A stretch of DNA of 64,000 nucleotides from Oscillospiraceae bacterium (GCA_009787995.1 WQSH01000001.1:3942-67941), one strand, 5' to 3'. Positions 8,139 to 17,848 are shown, numbered from the stretch's first letter. The notes: generated from the sequence alone by a model not told the origin. Translations and numbers: made by a program.

Positions 8139-10184
8139 GTGAAAGATATAAAAAACGGTGGGTTAATCACTCCACTCTTATTGCTGATGGTGGCTTGCTT
8201 TGTGGTGCTTGTCACTGTTGCTGGGGTTATATCATACGGCACGGTGCTAAACCAGAGCATGAATACCCTCCAGCAGCAAAATTCATCGCTCAGCTATAGG
8301 ATTGACGGATGGGTTGACGGGAAAATGACCTTGGTGGAGCAAGTCGCCATGATTATGGGCAACCCGGGTGTCAGCTCGGACGTAGCGCACACTCATCTTG
8401 CCTCTACGCTCCGCGCCCACGACAGCCTCACTGAGGTTTACGCAGGCTTCGCCGACGGAACAGGACTCTTCGGCGGCGGTTTTATTCCGCCGGACTGGTG
8501 GATTGCGTACGAACGCCCGTGGTATGTGCTTGCGGCGCAAAATCCCGGACGGCCAATGCTAACAGCGCCTTTTGTCGATGCCGGTACGGGCAACCTTGCC
8601 CTTGCCGCCGTGCGCACAATTAATGACTTAAACGCTGACGCAGGCGTTGCGTCGATTGATATACCGCTGACCACCGTGGCGGACTTTATCGATGAAGCGA
8701 ACATCGGAACACACGCTTTCTCGTTTTTGCTTAACGCAGACGGTTATATCCTAATGCACCGCGACCCGGATTTCGGACCCGATTCTGAAGGTGTCTTCCG
8801 CAGCATCCGCGCCGCTTCCGGCGGGCGGTTCGCAGACATGTTCGATGCGGTTTTGCGTGATGGGTATCACATCGGCGGCGGGTTCGTCCATATTGGCAGC
8901 CAGCTTGAAACCTCCGGTTGGTACGTTGTCACCCAAGTACCGCTTTCGTACGCAATCGGGCAGGTTTTCTTCAACGTCGGAAGTATTGCTGTTGCGCTTA
9001 TCGCTGCGTCGATTGTTTTTACGCTGTATGTATCCCGGCGGCTTAAATATCACTTAACCCGCATGGCGAGGGCGTTTGGAGGACTCGGCAAAACAGGCAG
9101 TCTTGAATTTGAGGCGGATGTAATGGCATCGGCAATGAACTGCAGCACATGGCGAAATGAAATCGGAGACAGCGCGCGCGGTTTTGGCGGAATTGTTCAG
9201 CACCTGAGCACAGTTGAGCAGAATTTGTCGCATATGGCGGACGGCGATTTTTCGATTGAGATAACGCCACTGTCAGAGAAAGACCACATCAGCATTTCGA
9301 TGCTGAAGATGAGGGATAACCTGAATGCGATGTTCGGCGAGATACAAACAACCACGGCACAAGTCGCCACCGGGTCGAAGCAGATTGCGGACGGTGCTCA
9401 AGTCCTTGCGCAAGGCAGTACCGAGCAGGCGGCGGCGGTTAAAGAGCTATTTGACGCAATGAGCGGCATTGACAAGATGGTAAACGAGGACAAGATCAGC
9501 ACTGGGCGCGCAATATCAAACGCCGATATAATCATGAAAAACGTGGAAGTCAGCGGTGAGCAGATGACCGGCATGATTGCTGCCGTGCGCGAGATTGAAC
9601 AGGCATCGCAGAGTATAAGCAAGGTCATCAAGGTCATCGACGATATTGCGTTCCAGACGAACATCCTCGCTCTCAACGCCGCAGTTGAAGCTGCGCGCGC
9701 CGGTCAGCACGGTAAAGGCTTTGCCGTTGTGGCTGAGGAGGTTCGCAGCCTTGCGGCGAAGAGTGCGGAAGCCGCAAAAGATACCAACGAGCTTATCTCC
9801 AACACTATCGAAAAGGCGGAACTTGGCGCAAAAATCGCCGGAGAAACCGCTGCAAGTCTTGAGGCAATTACGTCAAACCTCGGCGAAAACAAGCAAATCA
9901 TCCACGAAATCGGCAGCTCTGTGGATGGTCAGCTTGCTGTGTTCAAGGGCATAAACGCCGGCATAGAGCAAGTGTCCCACGTCGTTTCACAAAACTCTGC
10001 GACGGCACAAGAATCGGCCGCCGCATCGCAGGAGATGAGCGGACAGTCGATAATGTTGGAGCAATTGATTTCGCAGTTCAAGCTAAAAGATTCCGACGGA
10101 TTGGGAAACCGCATATCCGCACCGCCAGCGATTGGTTTGCCTGCGCATGAGAAAGGTGCGCCCAACGATACGCACAGGAAATAA
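8139..10184 (+). CDS. Methyl-accepting chemotaxis protein (Cache-like sensor, HAMP, MA domain)
   Basis: N-terminal TM segment, periplasmic domain, second TM segment and HAMP-like region. The conserved signalling hairpin is present ([37 protein letters not shown]). The GTG at 8139 is the only in-frame start after the stop at 8127..8129. Confidence 0.9.
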   Translation: MKDIKNGGLITPLLLLMVACFVVLVTVAGVISYGTVLNQSMNTLQQQNSSLSYRIDGWVDGKMTLVEQVAMIMGNPGVSSDVAHTHLASTLRAHDSLTEVYAGFADGTGLFGGGFIPPDWWIAYERPWYVLAAQNPGRPMLTAPFVDAGTGNLALAAVRTINDLNADAGVASIDIPLTTVADFIDEANIGTHAFSFLLNADGYILMHRDPDFGPDSEGVFRSIRAASGGRFADMFDAVLRDGYHIGGGFVHIGSQLETSGWYVVTQVPLSYAIGQVFFNVGSIAVALIAASIVFTLYVSRRLKYHLTRMARAFGGLGKTGSLEFEADVMASAMNCSTWRNEIGDSARGFGGIVQHLSTVEQNLSHMADGDFSIEITPLSEKDHISISMLKMRDNLNAMFGEIQTTTAQVATGSKQIADGAQVLAQGSTEQAAAVKELFDAMSGIDKMVNEDKISTGRAISNADIIMKNVEVSGEQMTGMIAAVREIEQASQSISKVIKVIDDIAFQTNILALNAAVEAARAGQHGKGFAVVAEEVRSLAAKSAEAAKDTNELISNTIEKAELGAKIAGETAASLEAITSNLGENKQIIHEIGSSVDGQLAVFKGINAGIEQVSHVVSQNSATAQESAAASQEMSGQSIMLEQLISQFKLKDSDGLGNRISAPPAIGLPAHEKGAPNDTHRK

Positions 10185-10230
10185 TAAGGGCTTGCCAAGG
10201 CAATTTTTTGGATACCTCCCTGTGACCGGG

Positions 10231-11223
10231 TTACAGCTCCAGTTTTCCGCCTGTTCCCGGCTCTGCTGGCAAGCCGTATTCTTGCTTTAGCATTGCAGCG
10301 AGCCGCTTAAGCTCCTGCTCCCACTGGTTTCGACCGGTTGGCTCATAGGCTTCCATCGGGTATTTTATCATCAGCGATTCGTACTTCTCTGTCCCTAACT
10401 TCCGAAACGGCAGCAGCTGCCATGAGATTATTTCACTTCGCAACTCGTCTTTAATAAACTGCCCGATTGCACGGATTTCTTGCTCTCCTCCATTATACCC
10501 GGGCACGATGGGGGTGCGGAGCACGAGCTTTTTCCCAAGCCCCACCGTTTTTTTGAGATTGCCGAGCACAAGCTCATTGCCAACGCCCGTGCACTTTTTG
10601 TGGGCTTCGCTGTCCATGTGCTTAATGTCTGCAATCACAAGGTCGGCGTACCTGAAAACGGCCTCCATATGCTCAGCCGGGCAATGGAGTGCCGTCTCGA
10701 TGCAGGTGTTTATCCCTGTTTCTTTGCAGGCCTTGAGCAGCATTTCGGCAAATTCCCATTGTGCCATGACCTCGCCGCCGCTCAACGTGACCCCGCCGCC
10801 GCTCTTGTCATAAAAATTGCGGTCGCCTTCGACTGCTTTCATAAGCGCAGGGAGGGTCAGTTGCTTCCCCCAGAGCTTTATCGCCCTGGGGGGGCAGGCT
10901 TCTGCGCATTTTAAGCAACTTTTGCACTCTTCCGCCATTTTAAGCCTCGCAAGCGTTCCGCTTTCGTCAAATTCAATCGGTGCGCCTTTCATGGGGCAAA
11001 CTTTTGCGCAGTATCCACATTTGTGCTTTGTCAGGCACCTTGCCGGATATATTCCCAGCCTCTGGTATGGCTTGATTGTTTCCGGGTTTGAGCACCATAT
11101 ACAGTTCATCGTGCATCCGGAAAAAAAGATTGCCGTCCTTATCCCGGGCCCATCGTGTATTGTGTAGTGTTGGATGTTGCTGACAAGCGCACAAGGCTCG
11201 CCGCACAGTGTCTTATGAAGCAT
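10231..11223 (-). CDS. Glycyl-radical enzyme activating protein (radical SAM)
   Basis: DGPGIRTAIFFSGCTMNCIWCSNPE (CxxxCxxC cluster) plus two ferredoxin-like Cys clusters (CGYCAKVCP, CKSCLKCAEACP). ATG at 11223 has an AGGA Shine-Dalgarno; the open frame extends to 11271. Confidence 0.85.
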   Translation of the reverse strand: MLHKTLCGEPCALVSNIQHYTIHDGPGIRTAIFFSGCTMNCIWCSNPETIKPYQRLGIYPARCLTKHKCGYCAKVCPMKGAPIEFDESGTLARLKMAEECKSCLKCAEACPPRAIKLWGKQLTLPALMKAVEGDRNFYDKSGGGVTLSGGEVMAQWEFAEMLLKACKETGINTCIETALHCPAEHMEAVFRYADLVIADIKHMDSEAHKKCTGVGNELVLGNLKKTVGLGKKLVLRTPIVPGYNGGEQEIRAIGQFIKDELRSEIISWQLLPFRKLGTEKYESLMIKYPMEAYEPTGRNQWEQELKRLAAMLKQEYGLPAEPGTGGKLEL

Positions 11224-11407
11224 TTGCCGTCCTTTCTCCGCTACCACCCCTAGACCGCCTTTATCCGACATTTCAACGCCTCATTTGTATGTTCCGGCGC
11301 TTTTGCCTTGTCGGGCTGCCCGGCTTTTGCTAAACTAAATGCAGCTCGATACTGCGGCTATATAAAAACAGTATCGGCAATAACATGTATTCTGGGAGGT
11401 GCTTCTT

Positions 11408-12265
11408 ATGAAGTTTAAAGCTAAGGTTGATTGGTGGATTCATTTAACATTTGCCGTTTTAGTAGCAGTAAACATTTGGGCTTTGGTCAACATTGTAAAC
11501 TGGGGTGTCACCGGCATCATACTTGCTGCGACCTTCACCCCGATCAATGTGTTTACCTTGCCTATTTGGCTCAACTCGTATTATCTAGTGGAGAGGGGAG
11601 AGCTGATTGTGCGCAGCGGTTTTTTAACTATGGGAAGGATTGAGGTCGGACAAATCACTAGCATCGGCAGAACCTGGAACCCCATAAGCTCCCCGGCGCT
11701 GTCGCTCGACCGAACAGAAGTCCGTTACAAGTATAAGAGCGGGAATTATCACGACACGCTTTTAATTGCGCCTAAGGATAGGGATGGTTTTATCGCACAT
11801 CTCAAAAGCATAAACGAAAGTATTGAAGTCGCCGAAGGCAGGACGCCCGTATCAAAGGGAACCAAAATGCTCTTAATCGTTGTCGGGGGCATTTCGGCGA
11901 TAACGCTCCTTGGGGTTGGCGTGATGTTCCTTGTCGGGGAGGCCGAGCCGGCAGTCACCATCCACAGCGACCACATACAGATTCGCTCCATGTATGGGAC
12001 AAGCGTCCCCTTCGGCAACATCACCGAAATCACATTGATTGACCAAAGCATGAGGGAAATCGGCGCAGGGCGCAGGACTAATGGCTATGCTGCAGCCGCT
12101 TGGAAGGGCCATTTCTCGGTGGGATTGCTGTTTGTCCGGCCGGATTCAAGCCCTACCATCCGAATCGAGCGAAGCTTAGGGAGCGCTATTTTCATAAGCT
12201 TCAGGGATAACGCTAGGACGGTGGATGTATATGGGGAATTGACTTTGGCGTTGTCTGCACCATAA
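11408..12265 (+). CDS. Membrane protein with bacterial PH-like (YdbS/YdbT-type) domains
   Basis: Two N-terminal TM segments followed by ...YYLVERGELIVRSGFLTMGRIEVGQITSI...LSLDRTEVRY, typical of bPH domains. A further TM segment and a second similar module follow. Confidence 0.6.
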   Translation: MKFKAKVDWWIHLTFAVLVAVNIWALVNIVNWGVTGIILAATFTPINVFTLPIWLNSYYLVERGELIVRSGFLTMGRIEVGQITSIGRTWNPISSPALSLDRTEVRYKYKSGNYHDTLLIAPKDRDGFIAHLKSINESIEVAEGRTPVSKGTKMLLIVVGGISAITLLGVGVMFLVGEAEPAVTIHSDHIQIRSMYGTSVPFGNITEITLIDQSMREIGAGRRTNGYAAAAWKGHFSVGLLFVRPDSSPTIRIERSLGSAIFISFRDNARTVDVYGELTLALSAP

Positions 12266-12302
12266 GCAGGGCAGTCTTTATTCAAGCAATAATAGCACAA
12301 GA

Positions 12303-12332
12303 GGGTATGGTTCGGCAAGGTGTACCATACCC
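12303..12332 (+). terminator. Stem-loop downstream of the PH-domain gene
   Basis: Perfect 9-bp stem gggtatggt/accataccc with a 12-nt loop; only a weak T-tract follows. Confidence 0.3.
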
Positions 12333-12463
12333 CCTTGGCATCTTAAAAATTGAGCTTTTCAGCTCTTTCCCATTATGGTATATTGGTATGGGAATGTGCC
12401 GATCGGCAGTGGCAGCTGCCGATTGTCTCCCACATCGTGACGTGAGCTCAGTGGGCAAAAAAC

Positions 12464-12492
12464 TTGCGCCGCAGTCACATTTGTGGTATATT
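12464..12492 (+). promoter_or_regulatory. Candidate promoter of the TerB/ATPase/helicase operon
   Basis: TTGCGC, 17-nt spacer, TATATT with extended -10 (TGgTATATT), ~40 nt upstream of the ATG at 12531. A second TGgTATATT lies at 12376..12384. Confidence 0.4.
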
Positions 12493-12530
12493 CACTCAAA
12501 AAAAGTTGCATGTTGTGTTAAGAGGGAAGT

Positions 12531-14273
12531 ATGGGCAAGCATAGTGCAGACAAAATATATGAAGCATCCAAAATCCCCTTCCGGCAATCTGTGCGGGAAG
12601 CCGGAGGTGTTGAGCAACCAGTCTTAGCGAAACCGCTGCCCACCATATCCCCAACTAGCGATGTTTATTATGAAATCGAATATGACTCCTGCCCAATCCC
12701 GGGCGTTGGCAAATTCGTACCAAAGCCGCAAAAAATCGCAGAGCCTGAGAAAGATGAAATCCGCGACTTATTTTTGAAGATGAGGGAAATTTCCAGGACT
12801 CATCAGTCCCCAAGCTCATATGTAAAGTTTTTTGGCAGAAACTCCTCTCGCGACAACAGCTATGTCTTTTATAGGCAGGGCATGTTTATGAAGGATTTTA
12901 CCGACGACTATACAGGCAACGCCCCATTCTCACATTATTTCCCATATTATCAGATTATGGGGTACGAGCAGCTCAGGACGTACTTTACTTGGCGCACGCA
13001 GATCCGGGAGGGCATAATATCCGAAACGCCTTTATCCTACGCATTTTTGTACATTTACGAATTGTTGAGCAACATCGGGGTAAGCGGCCCTCAGGACGGA
13101 CTTGACCGGCTGATGGCTTTTTGGAGAGCTTTTGGCGCTCACACCAAAATCATCGATAGGTACATGATTCGATGGCTGAAGGATTATCATATCTATTACC
13201 AGCTCCCAAGGTCATTTCAGGAATTCATCGCAGAAAACAGCCTCGCCGCACATTATCCAAGCATAGCGGCACCGGATGATATTTTCAACTTATTCTGCGT
13301 TATTTCAAAATACGATATCAAGAGGTCTGCTTTCTTTGCCGATGGCAACGCAACGCTCATTGAGGATTGTTTTGTCTATGTTATAAGCAGACTCAAGCAA
13401 ATCTGCACAGACCGAAGTATCGACTTTGATAGATCCATATTTCAACCGCCAATAAAGAGGCTAGCATGGACACCATTCAGGGATGCGCTATTTTATCAGT
13501 GGGCGCCTCAAGCGGATAGGCGGATTGTGCTATCGACCACTGAAATCTACATATGCGAACAAGGCAAATGGACATATAGCACTGCAATCACAACCGATGG
13601 CGGGAGACTGCTGGTCGGCTATATTATGAAGCAAATGGAGTCTGTCCTTAGACAAGTCACCCAGCATAAATTCAAGCTCTCTGCCAGCATAAGCAACGCC
13701 TCCAGCCCCATTGTCGAGGAGTTGCGCATCTCAGGGAAGCCACTTGAAAGTATAGTGAGCGACGCAACTCTTGAATTTTATAGGGAGGCGACAAAAACAA
13801 TCGTCAAGGTGGATTTGAGCGCATTGTCATTAATCAGGAAGGAAGCCCTTGCCACACAGGAGAAATTGATTGTGCCGGAACAGGGTGTTCAGCCTGTTGG
13901 CGCAAAATCACGCACTCCCCACCTGACGGACTTGCAAAATTTGCCACAAGCGGCACTGCAGGATATATTGCCATCCGAACCTGAGCCTAGGCCTAGGCCG
14001 ACGCCAACATTCGATTCTGCTGCTCCAGCCGCCTCGGAAGACGCCGAAAGCGTCAAAAGCATTTTTACGGAATCTGAGCTAGGGGCTTTGTGCGCAGCGC
14101 TGCGCGGCGAGCCGGATATACAGGCGTTCGCCGACGGGTGCGGCGTCATGCCTGAGGTTTTGGTTGATGGGATTAACGTGAAAGCGATGGATTATATCGG
14201 CGATAACCTGCTTGATGAGGATTTCGTTTTGTACGATGATTATAAGGAATTGGTAAGGGGTTGGGTATTATGA
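12531..14273 (+). CDS. TerB-N / TerB-C domain protein (SngA-like)
   Basis: TerB-N hallmark (FSHYFPYYQIMGYEQLRTYFTWRTQIREG...LSYAFLYIYELLSN). A Pro-rich linker (PSEPEPRPRPTP) follows, then a TerB-C-like C-terminus (GVMPEVLVDGINVKAMDYIGDNLLDEDF). Shine-Dalgarno AGAGGGAAG. Confidence 0.75.
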   Translation: MGKHSADKIYEASKIPFRQSVREAGGVEQPVLAKPLPTISPTSDVYYEIEYDSCPIPGVGKFVPKPQKIAEPEKDEIRDLFLKMREISRTHQSPSSYVKFFGRNSSRDNSYVFYRQGMFMKDFTDDYTGNAPFSHYFPYYQIMGYEQLRTYFTWRTQIREGIISETPLSYAFLYIYELLSNIGVSGPQDGLDRLMAFWRAFGAHTKIIDRYMIRWLKDYHIYYQLPRSFQEFIAENSLAAHYPSIAAPDDIFNLFCVISKYDIKRSAFFADGNATLIEDCFVYVISRLKQICTDRSIDFDRSIFQPPIKRLAWTPFRDALFYQWAPQADRRIVLSTTEIYICEQGKWTYSTAITTDGGRLLVGYIMKQMESVLRQVTQHKFKLSASISNASSPIVEELRISGKPLESIVSDATLEFYREATKTIVKVDLSALSLIRKEALATQEKLIVPEQGVQPVGAKSRTPHLTDLQNLPQAALQDILPSEPEPRPRPTPTFDSAAPAASEDAESVKSIFTESELGALCAALRGEPDIQAFADGCGVMPEVLVDGINVKAMDYIGDNLLDEDFVLYDDYKELVRGWVL

Positions 14274-14277
14274 AGGA

Positions 14278-15612
14278 ATGGTCGCTAATATGAGCACAGC
14301 AAGCAGAGTGCCGGGCCGCATTGCAAATATTCTGGTGAATGCCTTGAAGGGCGGCGTCGTGCCTCGTGTGGGGCTTGAATATATAACGGTTGGCAGGGCA
14401 CAGGAGATTTCCGCTATTTTGCACGATATCGAGATGATTGAGGCAGGCGGCGCCACATTCCGCTTCATCGTCGGCAAGTATGGAAGTGGAAAGAGCTTCT
14501 TGCTCCAGACCCTTCGCAACTACGCCACGGCAAAGGGTTTTGCGGTAGTGGATGCAGACCTCTCGCCCGAACGCCGCTTTGCGGGCACAAAGGGGCAGGG
14601 GCTTGCCACTTATAAGGAATTAATCAAAAACCTTTCCACAAAATCAAAGCCTGACGGCGGCGCTCTTGCGCTTATTTTAGAAAAATGGATTTCCGGCATT
14701 CAGGCGGAGGTCAAAATAGAAACAGGAGCGGATGGCGAAGAGTTTGACAAGTTGGTTGAGGCACGGATATTTGCGGTCGCAAGCTCGCTTGAGGGAATGG
14801 TCAATGGTTTTGAATTCGCCAAGGCTGTCGCCGCCTATTGGAGCGCATATCGGCAGGACAATGCGGCGCTAAAGTCCAATGTGCTAAAGTGGTTCAGGGG
14901 TGAGTATGCCTCTCGCAAAGAGGCAAAATCCGATTTAGGCATCAATTTCATAGTCACGGACGAGACCTGGTATGATTTTTTGAAAATATTCGCTGCTTTT
15001 CTGGTTGGCGCCGGATATAAAGGCTTGCTAGTCGTCATTGATGAATTGGTCAATATATTTAAGATTTCGAACTCCATCACAAGGTCGAACAATTACGAAA
15101 AAATCCTCACGATGTATAACGACGTGCTCCAGGGCAAGGCTAGCCACGTTGGTTTTCTCATGGGCGCCACGCCGCAGTGCGTCGAAGATAAATACAAGGG
15201 CTTGTTTAGCTATGAGGCGCTGCGCTCGCGGCTTGCCGAAGGGCATTTCGCCAACGCCGATTTCAAAGACCTCTCGGCTCCCATCATCCGGTTGCAGATG
15301 CTTTCGCAGGAGGAGATGTACGTCCTCGTCGAGAAGCTTCTGCACATCCATGCACAGCTGTACAATTATGCGCCCACTTTATCGCATGACGAACTGGTGT
15401 ACTTTTTAGGTGTGGAATACAACCGAGTCGGCGCCCAGACGCACATAACGCCGCGCGAGATTATCCGTGATTTCATCGAGCTTATAAATATCCTACACCA
15501 AAATCCAAGCAAAAGCATTTCTGAAATCTTGGGCGACAACAGCTTCGAGCTGGCAAAGGGCGGTTTGCCAGACGAAGAGATTCACAGCGAATTTCAGGAG
15601 TTTGAAGTGTAG
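14278..15612 (+). CDS. DUF2791 / BrxC-BrxD-like P-loop ATPase (SngB-like)
   Basis: Begins 4 nt after the previous stop. Walker A FIVGKYGSGKSFLL, Walker B LLVVIDEL. The N-terminal GGVVPRVGLEYITVGR segment is typical of this family. An alternative ATG lies at 14290. Confidence 0.75.
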   Translation: MVANMSTASRVPGRIANILVNALKGGVVPRVGLEYITVGRAQEISAILHDIEMIEAGGATFRFIVGKYGSGKSFLLQTLRNYATAKGFAVVDADLSPERRFAGTKGQGLATYKELIKNLSTKSKPDGGALALILEKWISGIQAEVKIETGADGEEFDKLVEARIFAVASSLEGMVNGFEFAKAVAAYWSAYRQDNAALKSNVLKWFRGEYASRKEAKSDLGINFIVTDETWYDFLKIFAAFLVGAGYKGLLVVIDELVNIFKISNSITRSNNYEKILTMYNDVLQGKASHVGFLMGATPQCVEDKYKGLFSYEALRSRLAEGHFANADFKDLSAPIIRLQMLSQEEMYVLVEKLLHIHAQLYNYAPTLSHDELVYFLGVEYNRVGAQTHITPREIIRDFIELINILHQNPSKSISEILGDNSFELAKGGLPDEEIHSEFQEFEV

Positions 15613-15637
15613 ACAAATAGGAGCGGAGCAATAAAAC

Positions 15638-17848
15638 ATGGATATATTCAACAGGCTTGCGCCGTTTATTCAAGACTTTATTTATCAGAACAAATGGGAA
15701 GAGCTCAGGGGCAACCAAGTGGCTGCCTGTGAGGCGATTTTAGATAGCGACGACAACCTCCTGCTCTCCTCCGGAACTGCTTCCGGCAAGACTGAAGCGG
15801 CTTTTTTGCCCGTACTTACCGAACTATACAACAGACCCTCCGCCTCCGTCGGCGTTTTGTACATATCGCCGCTCAAGGCGCTCATCAACGACCAATTCAA
15901 ACGCTTGGAACAAATGCTCCTGGATTCCAACATCCCCGTCACAAAGTGGCATGGCGACGCATCGCAGACACAAAAAAATAGACTCGTAAAAAACCCCGAA
16001 GGTCTGCTGCAAATTACACCGGAATCGCTGGAAAGCCTGATTACGAACAAGCGGGGCGCCGTCTTGTCGATGTTTTCCGACTTGCGCTTTGTAATTATCG
16101 ACGAAGTCCACTATTTCATGCGCGACGTCCGCGGACTTCAGTTGCTATGCATTTTGGAACGGATTAACCGTCTAACAGGCTCAAACCCGCGCCGGGTCGG
16201 CCTATCCGCAACCCTGGGCGATATTTCACTGGCGCAAAATTGGCTGAATACCAACACAGGCAGGGAGTGTGCTGCCCCTATTGTGGAAGAGGGCAAAAAG
16301 CGGGTCAGGCTGCATGTAGAGCGATTTGTAAATTATGCCGACAAGCGGGATTTTGAAGAGCGGGACGGCAGCGGCAATGTCGTCAATGTCAGCGCCGGGG
16401 ACATCGGCGACCGCGAGCATTATGAATACCTGTTCAAACAAACCCTGGACAAGAAAACCATCGTCTTCACCAACAGCCGAGAGGAAACTGAGCTTGTGAT
16501 GGCACATTTGCGTGAAATCGCCTTAAAAAATAAAGCCCCCGACGTATACAGGGTTCACCACGGCAATGTGTCCGCACTCTTGCGGGAAAGCACTGAAGAC
16601 GAAATGAAGTCTGCCGATGAAAAAATCGTCACCGGAGCCACTGTCACGCTGGAATTAGGCATCGACATAGGCTCGCTTGACCAAGCTGTTCAAATCGGCG
16701 CCCCGCTCAACGTAGCCAGCTTTGCGCAGCGCTTGGGCAGGTGCGGACGGCGCGGGCAAGTTCCGCAATTGCTGTTCACATTTGTAGAAAGCATAAAGAT
16801 TAACTCCGACGATATCCTAGGCCCTATCAACTGGGGTTTTATCCGAACCATCGGCATCATTGAGCTATATCTAAAAGAGCATTGGATTGAGCCGATACCC
16901 CCGCAAAACTACGCCTACAACCTCTTATACCACCAGACTATGAGCTGCTTGAAAAGCAACGGCGAAATGTCTGCGGCAGGACTGGCGCAGTCTGTACTAT
17001 CGTTGGGCTGCTTCAAAAGCATTCCTCAAGAGGATTACAAGAGGCTGCTCACGCATATGCTTGATATCGACCAATTGCAGCGTACCGAGCATGGAGGGCT
17101 CATGATTGGCCGCGAAGGTGAGAGGGTGGTAAATAGCCACAAGTTCCTTACAGTTTTTGTTGCCCCGGAATACTTGCTGGTAAAAGACGAAAGTCGCACC
17201 ATCGGCACGGTTGACAAAATCTATCCTGTCGGCATCCGTTTTGCGCTGGCAGGCCTGGCGTGGGAGACAGTTGACGTAAACGAAAAATCAAAGGTACTCT
17301 TTGTAAAACGAGTTCCGGGCATCTCGCTTGTGGATTGGGATGTTGATTTTCTCGCAGAGCTGCATACGACCCTTGTCCAGAAAGTTCGCAGTGTCCTAAA
17401 AGGCAGCGAGCCTTATCCTTATTTGAGCGACCGCTGCAAAGAGCGGCTTGCCGAAATTCAGTATATTGCCCGGGGCAACGGCATATTGGATAACTTAGTG
17501 ACGCAACTATCTGACAAAAAGTTCGCCATTTTCCCATGGGTCGGCACCAGGCAGCTGATGACCTTAAATTACGCCCTGCGCCAAAGGGGAGTAAAGAGCA
17601 AGATGCCTTTTATCACCTGCGTTTATCTCGAGGCAACTTTTGATGGGACGAAAGACGCCTTGGAGAACATAATAAGCGACATACTCCACAGCAACTTAAA
17701 CCTATATTATCTGCCTCTGCCGGACAAGGTGCAAGTGCCGGGGAAATACAATGAATTCATCCCGCTAAACTTGCTGCGAAAGCAGTTTATCGAGGATTAT
17801 CTTGATTTCGAGGGGCTTAGAGAGGCAATGGGGCTTCAAAAAAGTTAG
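15638..17848 (+). CDS. Superfamily-2 DEAD/DEAH-box helicase (Lhr-like; SngC-like)
   Basis: Motif I SSGTASGKTEA, motif II IIDEVH, motif III-like SATL, motif VI QRLGRCGRRG. The ~330-aa C-terminal region has no motif I recognise. Shine-Dalgarno AGGAGCGGAG. Confidence 0.8.
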   Translation: MDIFNRLAPFIQDFIYQNKWEELRGNQVAACEAILDSDDNLLLSSGTASGKTEAAFLPVLTELYNRPSASVGVLYISPLKALINDQFKRLEQMLLDSNIPVTKWHGDASQTQKNRLVKNPEGLLQITPESLESLITNKRGAVLSMFSDLRFVIIDEVHYFMRDVRGLQLLCILERINRLTGSNPRRVGLSATLGDISLAQNWLNTNTGRECAAPIVEEGKKRVRLHVERFVNYADKRDFEERDGSGNVVNVSAGDIGDREHYEYLFKQTLDKKTIVFTNSREETELVMAHLREIALKNKAPDVYRVHHGNVSALLRESTEDEMKSADEKIVTGATVTLELGIDIGSLDQAVQIGAPLNVASFAQRLGRCGRRGQVPQLLFTFVESIKINSDDILGPINWGFIRTIGIIELYLKEHWIEPIPPQNYAYNLLYHQTMSCLKSNGEMSAAGLAQSVLSLGCFKSIPQEDYKRLLTHMLDIDQLQRTEHGGLMIGREGERVVNSHKFLTVFVAPEYLLVKDESRTIGTVDKIYPVGIRFALAGLAWETVDVNEKSKVLFVKRVPGISLVDWDVDFLAELHTTLVQKVRSVLKGSEPYPYLSDRCKERLAEIQYIARGNGILDNLVTQLSDKKFAIFPWVGTRQLMTLNYALRQRGVKSKMPFITCVYLEATFDGTKDALENIISDILHSNLNLYYLPLPDKVQVPGKYNEFIPLNLLRKQFIEDYLDFEGLREAMGLQKS

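Noticed and set aside
12307-12627. 106-aa plus-strand ORF spanning the leader and the first 97 nt of the TerB gene.
   Set aside because: There is no ribosome-binding site. The composition is odd (Cys/Trp-rich). It overlaps the much better supported ATG at 12531, which has a Shine-Dalgarno. The region is better explained as promoter and leader.
14170-14185. Partial parS-like sequences containing ACGTGAAA or TTTCACGT (for example ggattaacgtgaaagc here, and others near 42806 and 48751).
   Set aside because: Each has 5 or more mismatches to the 16-bp consensus (half-sites only), and all lie inside coding regions.
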